Shown: positions 18,883 through 28,635, counted from the first letter of the stretch. The stretch: DNA of 42,176 bases from an uncultured Rhodothermales bacterium (GCA_964438105.1 CAYTJT010000002.1:1-42176); one strand, 5' to 3'. Translations and numbers: made by a program. Notes: generated by a model from the sequence alone, not told the origin.

Positions 18883-20694
18883 GTGACCGCCCGTTCGTTT
18901 CGCTTTCTCGTTCTGATACTTCCGGTCCTGCTCGCCGGCTGCCTGCTGCTCGCCTCGCAAGTCGGCCAGCCGCCGGACGAACGGGGCGCACCCGCCGCGC
19001 GCACCGCGACGGTCGCGGACAGCACCCACCCCGACGCGGTGACCGCCGCATACGGCATGGTCGTGACGGGGCACCCCGAGGCGTCGCGCGTGGGGATGGA
19101 GGTGCTGCGGCGCGGGGGCAACGCCGTCGACGCGGCCGTGGCCGCGGGGTTCGCCCTCGCCGTCACGCTCCCGAAGGCGGGCAACGTCGGGGGCGGCGGG
19201 TTCATGGTGATCCGCCTCGCCGACGGCACGGCGACGACGATCGACTTCCGCGAGACGGCGCCCGCCGCCGCCACGCGCGACATGTACCTCGACGCCGACG
19301 GCGAGCCGGTCCGCGAGCGGAGCCGGCGCGGCCACCTCGCCGTCGGCGTCCCCGGCACCGTCGCCGGGCTGCTCTACGCGCTCGACGCCTACGGCACGCT
19401 CCCCCGCGCCGACCTCGTCGAGCCGGCGATCCGCCTCGCCGCCGACGGCTTCCGGCTGACCGACAAGCAGACGGGCCACCTCAACCGCTACCGCGACAGC
19501 TTTCTCGACTATCCGAGCACCGCGCAGTATTTCATCAAAGCCGACAGCGGCTACTTCGTCCCCGACGAGACGTTCGTGCAGCGCGACCTCGCCGACGTGC
19601 TCCGCCGCGTCCGCGACGACGGCCACGACGGGTTTTATCGCGGGCGTACCGCCGACCTCATCGTGGCCGAGATGGAGCGCGGCGGCGGCCTCATCACGCA
19701 CGCCGACCTCGCGGGGTACCAGCCTGTCGAGCGCGAGCCCGTCTTCGGCACGTACCGCGGCTACCGCGTGATCTCGATGCCGCCGCCGTCGTCCGGCGGG
19801 ATCGCGCTGATTCAGTTGCTCAACGCCGTCGAGCCCGTCGACCTCGGCGCGCTCGGGTTCCACACGGCCGCGTCGATGCACCGGATGGCCGAGGCCGAGC
19901 GGCGCGTCTTCGCCGACCGGGCCGTGTGGGTGGGCGATCCGGATTTCGAAGACGTGCCCGTCGAGGGGCTGCTCTCGAAGGCGTACATGCGGAGCCGGAT
20001 GGCGAGCTTCGACCCGCGCCGCACCACGCCGAGCGCGACGATCGCGGCGGGCACACCGGCGGGCGCTCCGGCCTACGAATCGACCGAGACGACGCACCTC
20101 TCGGTGGTCGACGCCGAGGGCAACGCCGTCAGCCTCACCACGACCATCAACGACTGGTACGGCTCCAAAGTGGCCGTCGACGGCGCGGGCTTCCTCCTCA
20201 ACGACGAGATGGACGACTTCACCGCGAAGCCCGGCGTGCCGAACCTCTGGGGCAGCGTGACGCGCGAGACGAACGCGATCGAGCCCGGCAAGCGGATGCT
20301 CTCGTCGATGACGCCGACGGTCGTCGAAGACCCCGAGGGCGCGCTCTTCCTCGTCCTCGGCTCGCCCGGCGGGCCCCGCATCATCACGACGGTGTTTCAA
20401 ACGATCACGGGGATGATCGACTTCGACCTGTCGCTGCCGGAGGCCGTCGCGGCGTCGCGCTTCCACCACCAGTGGGACCCCGACGAGCTGAGCTACGAGA
20501 CCGACGTGACGGCGGCCGAGGTCGCGCCCGGTGCGGGGTTCCGGTCCGCCACGCTCGACAGCCTCCGCGCGCTCGGGTGGGCGCTCGACCCGTTCGGGAA
20601 TACGGGCGCCGTATCGGCCGTCCACGTCCAGCCCGACGGCAGCCTGCTCGGCGCGTTCGACCGCCGCCGCGACGTGACGCCGGTGGGGTACTGA
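18883..20694 (+). CDS. ggt: Gamma-glutamyltransferase, probably exported
   Basis: GGNAVDAA, IDFRETAP, VGVPG, ETTHLSVVD (catalytic Thr), LNDEMDDF, RMLSSMTP, GSPGG. Confidence 0.95.
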   Translation: MTARSFRFLVLILPVLLAGCLLLASQVGQPPDERGAPAARTATVADSTHPDAVTAAYGMVVTGHPEASRVGMEVLRRGGNAVDAAVAAGFALAVTLPKAGNVGGGGFMVIRLADGTATTIDFRETAPAAATRDMYLDADGEPVRERSRRGHLAVGVPGTVAGLLYALDAYGTLPRADLVEPAIRLAADGFRLTDKQTGHLNRYRDSFLDYPSTAQYFIKADSGYFVPDETFVQRDLADVLRRVRDDGHDGFYRGRTADLIVAEMERGGGLITHADLAGYQPVEREPVFGTYRGYRVISMPPPSSGGIALIQLLNAVEPVDLGALGFHTAASMHRMAEAERRVFADRAVWVGDPDFEDVPVEGLLSKAYMRSRMASFDPRRTTPSATIAAGTPAGAPAYESTETTHLSVVDAEGNAVSLTTTINDWYGSKVAVDGAGFLLNDEMDDFTAKPGVPNLWGSVTRETNAIEPGKRMLSSMTPTVVEDPEGALFLVLGSPGGPRIITTVFQTITGMIDFDLSLPEAVAASRFHHQWDPDELSYETDVTAAEVAPGAGFRSATLDSLRALGWALDPFGNTGAVSAVHVQPDGSLLGAFDRRRDVTPVGY

Positions 20695-20770
20695 CGCCGC
20701 GAACGATCAGAGCCGGCATCCGTGTAAACCCTCGCCCCCTTCGTATCGCCCAAGCCCTCCCTCTTCGTTT

Positions 20771-21529
20771 ATGCCCTTCGACCCCGCCCGAGTCCGCGCC
20801 CTCTGCTTCGACGTGGACGGCACGCTCTCCGATACCGACGACCAACTCGTGGGGCGGATCGCCGCCTTTCTCGACCGGCTGCCGATGCTCAGTGGCAAGT
20901 CGGCGAAGCAGTTCGCGCGGCGGATCGTGATGGACGCCGAGACGCCGGTGAACACGGTCTACGGCCTCTCCGACCGCCTCGGCATCGACGACGAGCTCGC
21001 CCAGGTGCGGAGCTACCTCGACCGGCTGAAGGCGACGGAGCCCGAGCCCATCGAGCACCTCGTCGTGCCCGGCATCGACGAGATGATCCGCGCGCTCGCC
21101 GCGCACTTCCCGATGTGCGCGATCTCCACCGGGGGCGAGGAGCGCGTGGCCGATTTCTTCGACCACTTCGGCATCCGCGCGCCGTTCACCGCGCTCGTCA
21201 CGGCGCAGACGACCGAGCGGATGAAGCCGTACCCCGACCCCGTGCTCTACGCCGCCGAGCGGATGGGCGTCGCGCCCGAGGACTGCGTGATGATCGGCGA
21301 CACGGTCGTGGACATCCTCGCGGGCAAGGCCGCCGGGGCGCAGACGATCGGCGTGCTCTGCGGCTTCGGCACCGAGGACGAGCTCCGCCGCGACGGCGCC
21401 GACCTGATCGTGGACGTGACGCCGGACGTGGTGGACATCCTGCTCACGGCGGAGGGCGAGCCGCGCCGTGAACCCCACCCGCGAACGGCTGCGAGCGCAG
21501 GGGCGCGCGGCGACGGAACGGACGTGTAG
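20771..21529 (+). CDS. HAD family hydrolase (phosphoglycolate-phosphatase-like)
   Basis: FDVDGTL, KPYPDP, MIGDTVVDI. Confidence 0.9.
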   Translation: MPFDPARVRALCFDVDGTLSDTDDQLVGRIAAFLDRLPMLSGKSAKQFARRIVMDAETPVNTVYGLSDRLGIDDELAQVRSYLDRLKATEPEPIEHLVVPGIDEMIRALAAHFPMCAISTGGEERVADFFDHFGIRAPFTALVTAQTTERMKPYPDPVLYAAERMGVAPEDCVMIGDTVVDILAGKAAGAQTIGVLCGFGTEDELRRDGADLIVDVTPDVVDILLTAEGEPRREPHPRTAASAGARGDGTDV

Positions 21530-21579
21530 CGCGAGGATCGTGCCCGCGCCTTACCGCTCGTCCGGTGGCCCGAGCGACG

Positions 21580-21933
21580 CTAGTTGACCCCGACTTCGCC
21601 GAAGCCGCAGTCCTCCATCACCTCCAGCATCGTCATGCTGAACGCTTCGACGTCGACGGAGAAGCCATCGCGGGCCATCACCTCGTCGGCGCGGGCGTCG
21701 CGGTCGGGGAGGAAGCTGATGAGGAACATGGCGTAGGCGTCGTCCTCCATCCGTTCCTCGGCCGTCGTCTCGGCGCATACGCAGGCGGCCGTCGCAGCCG
21801 CGTCGTCGCCGAGCTCGCCGGCGAGGGCCTCGCGGCACGAGGCGACGAACTCGCTGGCCTCGGGCGGGGCGGGTTCGGGGTCCGCGCACGCAGCGAGGGC
21901 GAGCACGAGGAGCACGGCGGCGAGCGGCTTCAT
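21580..21933 (-). CDS. Hypothetical acidic lipoprotein
   Basis: MKPLAAVLLVLALAAC lipobox; four further Cys residues. Confidence 0.75.
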   Translation of the reverse strand: MKPLAAVLLVLALAACADPEPAPPEASEFVASCREALAGELGDDAAATAACVCAETTAEERMEDDAYAMFLISFLPDRDARADEVMARDGFSVDVEAFSMTMLEVMEDCGFGEVGVN

Positions 21934-22217
21934 GAGGCGGCGCGGGTTCGGAGGCGAAGAGGGGGAAGGTACCACCCGGCTCGCAAGCCGTCACAGCGAC
22001 CACTCCGGGAAAGCGGCGGCGAGCGCGCGGGGCGGAGGTGCGTGACGAGGTGCCGGTCCCGCGTGAGGAGGACGCGCCCCTCGGCGTCGGCGCGCGCGAC
22101 GAGATCGGGGTCATCGACGTCCGTTTCATACGCGGTGTCGTGGCCGAGCACGCGGAGCCAGCGCGCGAGCCGGCCGAGCATGACGTCGGCGGAGAAGCGG
22201 GAGCCGTCGGGAGGCAT
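21930..22217 (-). pseudogene. Mut7-C RNase (PIN) domain, C-terminally truncated
   Basis: ADVMLGRLARWLRVLGHDT, EGRVLLTRD; the Zn-ribbon Cys and YWxGSH C-terminus are absent. Confidence 0.75.
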
Positions 22218-22684
22218 CACGATCGCCGGTAGTCGGCCGGTCGGAGCCGCCCCGACGCGTCGGCGACGTTCGTCTCGACGCCCGGCACCACGTCGGTGTT
22301 GTGCGCCGCCGCGCAACTCCACACCGCCCCCCGCCGATGGACGACGAACGTGAAGACGTTGGTGCGCGGTTGCGGGGCCTCGACGCTCCCGACGGGCGCT
22401 TGGCCGGTGAGCCGCATCCGAGCGTGGACGATGGCGACGTCGTCACGGAGTCGCTTCACGGTCGTCCGCACGAGCTTCAGCATGGAGCGGGGGAAGATGC
22501 GCGCGAGCCCGTAGGCGTGGGCGCGCTCGATGGCGGCCCGGTCGTGCCACCAGAGCCCGACGACGTTGACGAACTCGGCGTCCTCGTCGAAGAGAGCCGC
22601 GAGGGCGGGGGCGTCCCGGCGGTTCCACGCCGCGACGAACGCTTCGGGGATGCGCTCCGGGGTCTCGAGCAGACGGTCCGTCAA
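22217..22684 (-). CDS. SgcJ/EcaC family (SnoaL-like/NTF2 fold) protein
   Basis: AWNRRDA, LFDEDAEFVNVVG, DVAIVH, AAHNT; TTG start. Confidence 0.85.
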   Translation of the reverse strand: MTDRLLETPERIPEAFVAAWNRRDAPALAALFDEDAEFVNVVGLWWHDRAAIERAHAYGLARIFPRSMLKLVRTTVKRLRDDVAIVHARMRLTGQAPVGSVEAPQPRTNVFTFVVHRRGAVWSCAAAHNTDVVPGVETNVADASGRLRPADYRRS

Positions 22685-22930
22685 AGCGGGTTCGAGGCCG
22701 GTGGTGTAGAGGTGCGGGGGTCGATCTCCCTAGGCGGGTGGTACGTCGCGTCGGGCGCGTCGGGATCCGCAGGGGCTCCGGCGATCGGGCCCGTACGCTC
22801 GAAACCCCCGGTGCACGCATTCGTAGCGCCGACCGAAATACTCCCGGTGAAGAGTCGACGCACTCTCGAGACGGCAACTCGGATGGTCGGCGGTAGTCCT
22901 ACCTTCGCCGCTGCACCTAACCCCGCTCTG

Positions 22931-25345
22931 ATGCGCCTCGCTACCCTCACGGTCCTCGCCGCTCTCTTCGCCTCCTCCGTTTCCGCGCAGGGCCGCCCGC
23001 AGAGCGGCGTCACCGGCCGCGTCCTCGACGACGCCAGCGGCGAGCCGCTGCCCCTCGCCACCGTCGCGCTCTACCGGTTGCCCGACACGACGTTCGTCAC
23101 CGGCGCGGCGGCCGACACGGCGGGGGCGTTCAGCGTCGTCCCGCTCCGCCCCGGCGACTACCAGGTCCGCGTAAGCGTCGTCGGGTACGCCACCGAGCGG
23201 CTCGATGTGTCGGTGCCTCCCGGCTCGCCCACAGACCTCGGCGAGATCCGGCTCGCCGAGTCGGCCGAGTTGCTCGACGGCGTGGCGGTCGAGGCCGAGC
23301 GGGAGCTGATCGAGCAGCGCGCCGACCGCACGGTGTACAACGTCGCCGAGCAGCCGATCACCTCGGGCGGCAACGTGCTCGAAACGCTCAAAACGCTGCC
23401 CTCCGTCGAGGTCGATCAGGACGACGCCATCTCCCTCCGCGGCGGCCGCAACGTCGCGATCCACGTCAACGGGCGGCCCGTGCCCGTCGGCGGGCCCTTC
23501 CTCGCGGCCTACCTCAAGCAGATCGGCGCCGACGCCGTCGAGCGCGTCGAGGTTATCCCGAACCCGTCGGCGCGCTACGAGCCGGACGGGCTGAGCGGCA
23601 TCATCAACATCGTGCTGAAGGAGGACGCCCCCGACCGCGGGCTCTCGGGCGGGCTCACGCTCGGCGGCGGCACGCGGCCCGAGGCCAACGTCGGGCTCAA
23701 CCTCGCCTACCAGCGCGGCCGGTTCGACGTCTACGGCTCCTACGGCTACTTCTACAACCGCTTCGACTTCGACGGCTCGACCGAGCGCGACTACCTCGGC
23801 CAGACCTCCGAGTTCCTCACGCTCGACAACGTGCAGGACGGCGACCGCCTCTTCGCCAGCCACTTCGGGAATGCGACGGTCGAAACCACCCTCGCCGAGC
23901 GGACGACGCTCTCGCTCAGCGGGAACGTCTCGGTGCGCGACGGCGGCGGCGAGAACCTCCAGTCGATCCTCTCGGTCTACCGCGACGGCGGCCGGCAGAC
24001 CCTCGCCGAGCGACTCTCCGACACCGACACCGGCGGGACGAACACCACCGGCACGCTCGCCTTCCAGCGCCGCTTCGACGAGGACGGCACGCACGACCTC
24101 AGCGCCGAGGCGCGCGTGTCGCTCAACACGAACACCGACGACCAGCTGTTCGCGGGCTCGTTCGACGGGTCGCCGCTGCGGTCGAGCTTCCTCGACGAGT
24201 CGGACCGCGGCGAGTCGTGGCTGCAGGTCGATTACACGCGCCCGCTGCCGGGCGACGTCCGCCTCGAAACGGGGGCGAAGGCGACGTGGGAGACGATCGC
24301 GAACGACGTCCGTTTCGGTGAGGGCGGCGACGCGGGCTTGGGTGAGGTCACGCGCGACGGGTTCGACTACGACCGCTCGATCGTCGCGGGCTACCTCCAG
24401 GCCGCCGTGCCCTTCGGCTCGGCGTTCGAGGTGCAGGCCGGGCTCCGCGCCGAGCACGCCGCGCGCCAGTTCGCGATCGACGGCGAGGGCGAGTCGAACG
24501 ACTTCGACTACACGAGCCTCTTCCCGAGCGCGTTCGTGATCTACAACGTCGGGCCCGGCACCTCGGTGAAGGGCAGCTACAGCCGCCGCATCAACCGGCC
24601 CGGCACGTGGTTCCTCTCGCCCTTCGCCAGCCCCGAGGACGCCACCGTCGCGCGGCGCGGCAACCCCGGCCTCCGCCCCGAATACACCGACTCGTTCGAG
24701 CTCGCGCTGCAGTACAGGTTCGTCGCGACGGTGACGCCGTTCTACCGCCGGACGACCGACGTCATCGCGCGCCGCTTCCTCGTCGAGGACGGGCGGACGT
24801 TCTTCACGAGCGACAACTTCGCCACCGAGCAGTCCTACGGCGCCGACCTCACCCTCGCCGCCGCGATCCCCGGGACCCCGGTGCGCGGGTTCGTCTCGGG
24901 CAGCGTGTTCCGCTCCGAGACCGACGGCGGCGCGACCGACCCCACGATCGACTTCGGCGTCACGTCGTGGTCGGCGCGGGCGAGCGTGCAGGCGCAGCTC
25001 CGCGCGGGCACGTCGCTCCAGTTCTTCGGCTTCTTCCGCGGGCCGCGCGCGATCGCGAACGGCCGCTCCTCCGGCTTCGGGTTCACGTCGGTCGGGCTCC
25101 AGCAGAAGCTCATGGACGACGCGCTCTCGCTCAACCTCCGCGTCACCGACCCCTTCGCGACGACGCGCTTCGAGTTCGAGTCGGAGAACGACGTCTACAC
25201 CGAGCTCGGCGTCCGCGACCCGGCGCAGCGCTCCGTCGCGGCGACGCTGACGTGGACGTTCGGCAAGCCCGCCGAGCGCCGCCGCCAGCCCCAGCCGCAG
25301 CAGGGCGGCGGCGGCGGGATGGACGACGGCGGCATCGGCCTCTGA
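22931..25345 (+). CDS. TonB-dependent receptor / outer-membrane beta-barrel protein with N-terminal carboxypeptidase-regulatory-like domain
   Basis: Signal peptide, GRVLDDASGEPL, VEVIPNPSARY, GIINIVLK, YSRRINRP, GNPGLRPE. Confidence 0.9.
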   Translation: MRLATLTVLAALFASSVSAQGRPQSGVTGRVLDDASGEPLPLATVALYRLPDTTFVTGAAADTAGAFSVVPLRPGDYQVRVSVVGYATERLDVSVPPGSPTDLGEIRLAESAELLDGVAVEAERELIEQRADRTVYNVAEQPITSGGNVLETLKTLPSVEVDQDDAISLRGGRNVAIHVNGRPVPVGGPFLAAYLKQIGADAVERVEVIPNPSARYEPDGLSGIINIVLKEDAPDRGLSGGLTLGGGTRPEANVGLNLAYQRGRFDVYGSYGYFYNRFDFDGSTERDYLGQTSEFLTLDNVQDGDRLFASHFGNATVETTLAERTTLSLSGNVSVRDGGGENLQSILSVYRDGGRQTLAERLSDTDTGGTNTTGTLAFQRRFDEDGTHDLSAEARVSLNTNTDDQLFAGSFDGSPLRSSFLDESDRGESWLQVDYTRPLPGDVRLETGAKATWETIANDVRFGEGGDAGLGEVTRDGFDYDRSIVAGYLQAAVPFGSAFEVQAGLRAEHAARQFAIDGEGESNDFDYTSLFPSAFVIYNVGPGTSVKGSYSRRINRPGTWFLSPFASPEDATVARRGNPGLRPEYTDSFELALQYRFVATVTPFYRRTTDVIARRFLVEDGRTFFTSDNFATEQSYGADLTLAAAIPGTPVRGFVSGSVFRSETDGGATDPTIDFGVTSWSARASVQAQLRAGTSLQFFGFFRGPRAIANGRSSGFGFTSVGLQQKLMDDALSLNLRVTDPFATTRFEFESENDVYTELGVRDPAQRSVAATLTWTFGKPAERRRQPQPQQGGGGGMDDGGIGL

Positions 25346-25419
25346 ACGACCGACAGGCGGATGACGGCTCCCCGCCCGCGACCTCGCACCGCCCGCCCTC
25401 AACGATCTCGGCCGCTCGT

Positions 25420-26073
25420 CTAGAGCGAGTGGCGGAGCTGGTCGAAGGGGAGGACGAACCCCGAGGCCACGTTCGAGAGGTGCGAGCCGTAGCGCCCGAT
25501 GAACCGCGCCGTCAGGGCGAGCACGATGCCCTCGTTGCCGCCGATGTCGTCGCGCGCCGCGAGGCCCGTGACGTAGTCGGCGGTCAGCGCTTTGATCGCG
25601 TCGTTGGCGGTCATCACCTTCCGCGCGCGGTCGGCGTCCTGTCCGTTGAGCGCGGCGCGGGTGTCCTCGGCCATGGTGAGCACCCGGTCGCGGATCTGCT
25701 CTAATGGTGCGATCCGGTCGATGAGCGGGCGGCCCTGGCTCAGCTGCGCCACCTTCGCGATGCTCTTGGCGAGGTCGCCCATCCGCTCCACCTCCTGCAC
25801 GATGGCGTTGAGCGTGAGCCCGAACGCGACGTCCTGGCTCGGGGCCACGGAAAAATGCGTGAGCAGGGCCCGGCGGATCTCGGCCTCCTTCTCGTTCACC
25901 GAGTCGTCCTCGCGCTTGAGGTCGAGCTCGAGCGCCTCGCCGTCGAGCAGGCAACGCGTCGCCGCGTCGAACATCCGGTGGGTCGTCTCCAGCATCGCGT
26001 CCAGGTCCCGAATCGATCGCTGGATGAGGGGGGGCGGGGTCTCGGAGAAGAAGCCGAAGAAGTTGAAGCGCAT
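25420..26073 (-). CDS. PhoU-domain phosphate uptake regulator
   Basis: EDDSVNEKEAEIRR, EVERMGDLAKSI, RYGSHLSNV; two helical repeats. Confidence 0.8.
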   Translation of the reverse strand: MRFNFFGFFSETPPPLIQRSIRDLDAMLETTHRMFDAATRCLLDGEALELDLKREDDSVNEKEAEIRRALLTHFSVAPSQDVAFGLTLNAIVQEVERMGDLAKSIAKVAQLSQGRPLIDRIAPLEQIRDRVLTMAEDTRAALNGQDADRARKVMTANDAIKALTADYVTGLAARDDIGGNEGIVLALTARFIGRYGSHLSNVASGFVLPFDQLRHSL

Positions 26074-26110
26074 GGGGAAAGGCGGTCGGAGGTGCGAAGG
26101 GTTGAAGACG

Positions 26111-27100
26111 TCAGAAGGAAGCCGACAGCGTGAAGCGGGCGACGAGCGCGTCGTCGCCTCTGACGTCGTCCGGGTCTTCCCAGTAGACGTTGGGCATGAG
26201 GAAGAGGCCAGGAGCGGGCTGATATGAGGCGGCGAACAACACGTACGTGGGCCCCTCCGGCTCGTCCTGCTCCTCGATGGGGATCTCGGTCGTGGTGGAG
26301 AGTCGCTGCCAGTGGGAGCGCGCCACGAGGTCGAACCGTGGGGTTAACGATACCACGGCGAACACCCCGACGCCATAGAGGTCCTCGTCGTCGGTGGCGT
26401 GTCCGGTGTGCTGCCACACCCCCTCGACGCCGAGGCGGTAGCGCTCGGTCTCGACCCCGGCGAAGGCTGAGGCCGTCAGCGCGTCGTCGCGCTCGTCGTC
26501 GTAGCTCGCGTAGTCGGCGTGGAGGGAGAGGGCGAACGGCTCCGGCAGCCACTGGAGCCGGCCGTAGACCCGCTTGTGCTGGTCGTCTTCGACGCGCACC
26601 CCCTCGTTGTTGCCGACCATCAGCCCGTAGCCGAGGTCGCCCGCGACGGGCCCGCGCACGGACGCGCCGAAGTCGCGCGACGAAACCGCGCCGGAGGCGT
26701 TCGCGAGGGTGCGGGCGAGGCTGCGGTACCCCCATACGGACTCGGCGACCCGGTACGCCGGGGGCGGGTGCAACCCGAAGGTCAGCCTATGCCCGCCCCC
26801 GGGCTCCCACCAGACGTAGAGGTCTTTGACGAAGGGGGCGGGGAGGCCTCGCTCCGTGTTCGTGCGCGCGTTGACCTCGAGGCGGGCGCGGCTGCTGAAC
26901 GCGGTGCCCGTAGCCGCGTCGGCGGTGAGGTAGAGGCGGCGTAGGGAGAACTCGCCGTGGGGGTTCTCGTCGTGGGAGTGGAGCGGCTGGGCGTAGTCGA
27001 GGTACGCCAGCGTGCTCCACGAGATCGTGGGCTGGGCGGTGGCGGCCCCTGCGCCGCCGAGCGCGAAGAGAAGCGCCAACAAGCCGAGAAGTCGAGGCAT
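26111..27100 (-). CDS. Outer-membrane porin-like beta-barrel, possibly phosphate-selective
   Basis: Signal peptide, FSLRRLYLT, FVKDLY, SSRDFG, C-terminal Phe; lies upstream of the PhoU gene. Confidence 0.7.
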   Translation of the reverse strand: MPRLLGLLALLFALGGAGAATAQPTISWSTLAYLDYAQPLHSHDENPHGEFSLRRLYLTADAATGTAFSSRARLEVNARTNTERGLPAPFVKDLYVWWEPGGGHRLTFGLHPPPAYRVAESVWGYRSLARTLANASGAVSSRDFGASVRGPVAGDLGYGLMVGNNEGVRVEDDQHKRVYGRLQWLPEPFALSLHADYASYDDERDDALTASAFAGVETERYRLGVEGVWQHTGHATDDEDLYGVGVFAVVSLTPRFDLVARSHWQRLSTTTEIPIEEQDEPEGPTYVLFAASYQPAPGLFLMPNVYWEDPDDVRGDDALVARFTLSASF

Positions 27101-27128
27101 GGCAGGCCGGACGTGGGAGATGAATCCA

Positions 27129-27156
27129 TGTTACCAAAGTGTTACCGAATTGTTAT
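27129..27156 (-). promoter_or_regulatory. Pho-box-like triple direct repeat with 11-bp period
   Basis: TGTTA at 27129, 27140 and 27151 (minus strand ATAACA-N5-GTAACA-N5-GTAACA), about 30 bp upstream of the porin start. Confidence 0.65.
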
Positions 27157-27373
27157 GAGCGTGGGTGAAAATGCGCGAAGAACCCATACACGCGGGACGG
27201 GGGAAGCCCCGGCGGGACCGCACCGCGGGGCGAGCCGGGAGCGGGCCGACGAGCCCCTAGGGGACTTTCGGGTGTTCCCCCATGCACAGTCGATGTCTGC
27301 AACTTGCACTCGGGACGCGTTCCGAGTGCATATTCAACCAGACACCTCCCCCTCTCTCCGCACGTCCACCTCC

Positions 27374-27691
27374 ATGCGAAGCGTCGCCTCTCAAGGCCTT
27401 TCCTGGCACGTGGTTCGAGTCCCGCAGCAGGAACCGCCGCGTGACCGCCTCTACCGGTTCACCTACGCCATCATCAACGCCTACGACTCGGCGGGGCGTC
27501 CGCCCGATTTCCACGTGTACCGCTCGCTAGGCCCGAACTCGCTCTACGCGTACATGTCGCCGCGGGCGACCGAACTGGTGGCGGGGATGCTGGCGGAGGA
27601 GGGGTTCACGCTCACCCCCCTCGGGCCGGGGTTCGACGTGGAGTTTCTGACGGAGCGGGGGCTCGACGAGATGCTACCGATGGGACGGTAG
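27374..27691 (+). CDS. Hypothetical protein (105 aa)
   Basis: MRSVASQGLSWHVVRV...; host-like third-position GC; pyrimidine-rich leader. Confidence 0.55.
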   Translation: MRSVASQGLSWHVVRVPQQEPPRDRLYRFTYAIINAYDSAGRPPDFHVYRSLGPNSLYAYMSPRATELVAGMLAEEGFTLTPLGPGFDVEFLTERGLDEMLPMGR

Positions 27692-27847
27692 GTCTGCGCC
27701 GACAACGGCGCGTGCGGCACGGAGCGGGGGAGGGGCTGAGGAAACGGCATGGGCTGAGCGGGCGTCGCCCCGTTCCCGGCGGCGACGCCGGATCAGAGCG
27801 GCTACCCCGACGGGCCGCGCGCGACCTCGCTCCGCGTCGGTGCCCAG

Positions 27848-28265
27848 GTGGGGGTCCACCCCGCCTCCGAGTTCGGTCTCGACGTGGGGCTCTCGTTCAA
27901 GAGCCCGCAGTTCTTCCAGGACTTCGAGTACGACGTGGAGGACCGGGCCTTTGCCCACACCCTCGGTTACCCGATGATCCTGTCGGCGGCGCTCGCCTAC
28001 GACGGCATCGACCGGACGTCACCGGCTTCGGGTGGGAGAGCATTGGGGGCGCCGCCGTCGGGCTCGAATACGCCGTCACCGACCGGCTGCCCGTGCGCCT
28101 CGGCTACGCCTTCAACGAGAACCCCATCGGCGGCGACATGGCGTTCCACAGCGTCGCCTCGCGGCGATCGTGCAGCACCACCTGAGTGCGGGCCTCTCGT
28201 ACCTGTTCGACGGGCACGTCACGGCCTCGGCTGCCGCGCAGTACGCTCCGCGCAACGTGCAGAAC
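27848..28265 (+). pseudogene. OmpP1/FadL/TodX outer-membrane transporter remnant in three frames
   Basis: VGLSFKSPQFF..YPMILSAALAY / GFGWESI..VGLEYAVTDRLPVRLGYAFNENPI / AIVQHHLSAGLSY; no 5' half. Confidence 0.7.
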
Positions 28266-28289
28266 GCGCCGCACAACGAGGGAGAAACG

Positions 28290-28322
28290 AAAAACGCCCC
28301 TCGCGATAGCACGAGGGGCGTT
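28290..28322 (-). terminator. Intrinsic terminator downstream of tRNA-Asn
   Basis: aacgcccctcg/cgaggggcgtt stem followed by a T run on the minus strand. Confidence 0.75.
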
Positions 28323-28336
28323 CTCTTGCCTTCAGG

Positions 28337-28408
28337 CTCCCCGGGTAGGATTCGAACCTACGACCCTGCGGTTAACAGCCGCATGCTCTACCGCTGAGCT
28401 ACCGAGGA
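28337..28408 (-). tRNA. tRNA-Asn (GTT)
   Basis: TCCTCGGTAGCTCAGCGGTAGAGCATGCGGCTGTTAACCGCAGGGTCGTAGGTTCGAATCCTACCCGGGGAG. Confidence 0.96.
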
Positions 28409-28443
28409 ATGATCCGGCCGATGCCTATCGGACCGTGCTCGCA

Positions 28444-28473
28444 AAAGTAAGGGGGGCACGGAGACGGACGCAA
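28444..28473 (-). promoter_or_regulatory. Putative promoter of tRNA-Asn
   Basis: TTGCGT-N18-TACTTT(TG) on the minus strand. Confidence 0.5.
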
Positions 28474-28605
28474 GTACCTTGCGACCCTTATTAAATCATT
28501 CACCGAACCCGGGTCCCACGGGGACGGAATAGAGAGTGAGCCGGGCAGGCGGTGCGAAGAATCGAAGGACACGTTGCCTGCGGCCGCACGGAGCCCAGCG
28601 GCATG

Positions 28606-28635
28606 TTGCGATATGCGGTGTGCAGACGGTAGCTT
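28606..28635 (+). promoter_or_regulatory. Putative promoter of tRNA-Leu
   Basis: TTGCGA-N18-TAGCTT, 12 bp before the tRNA. Confidence 0.45.
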
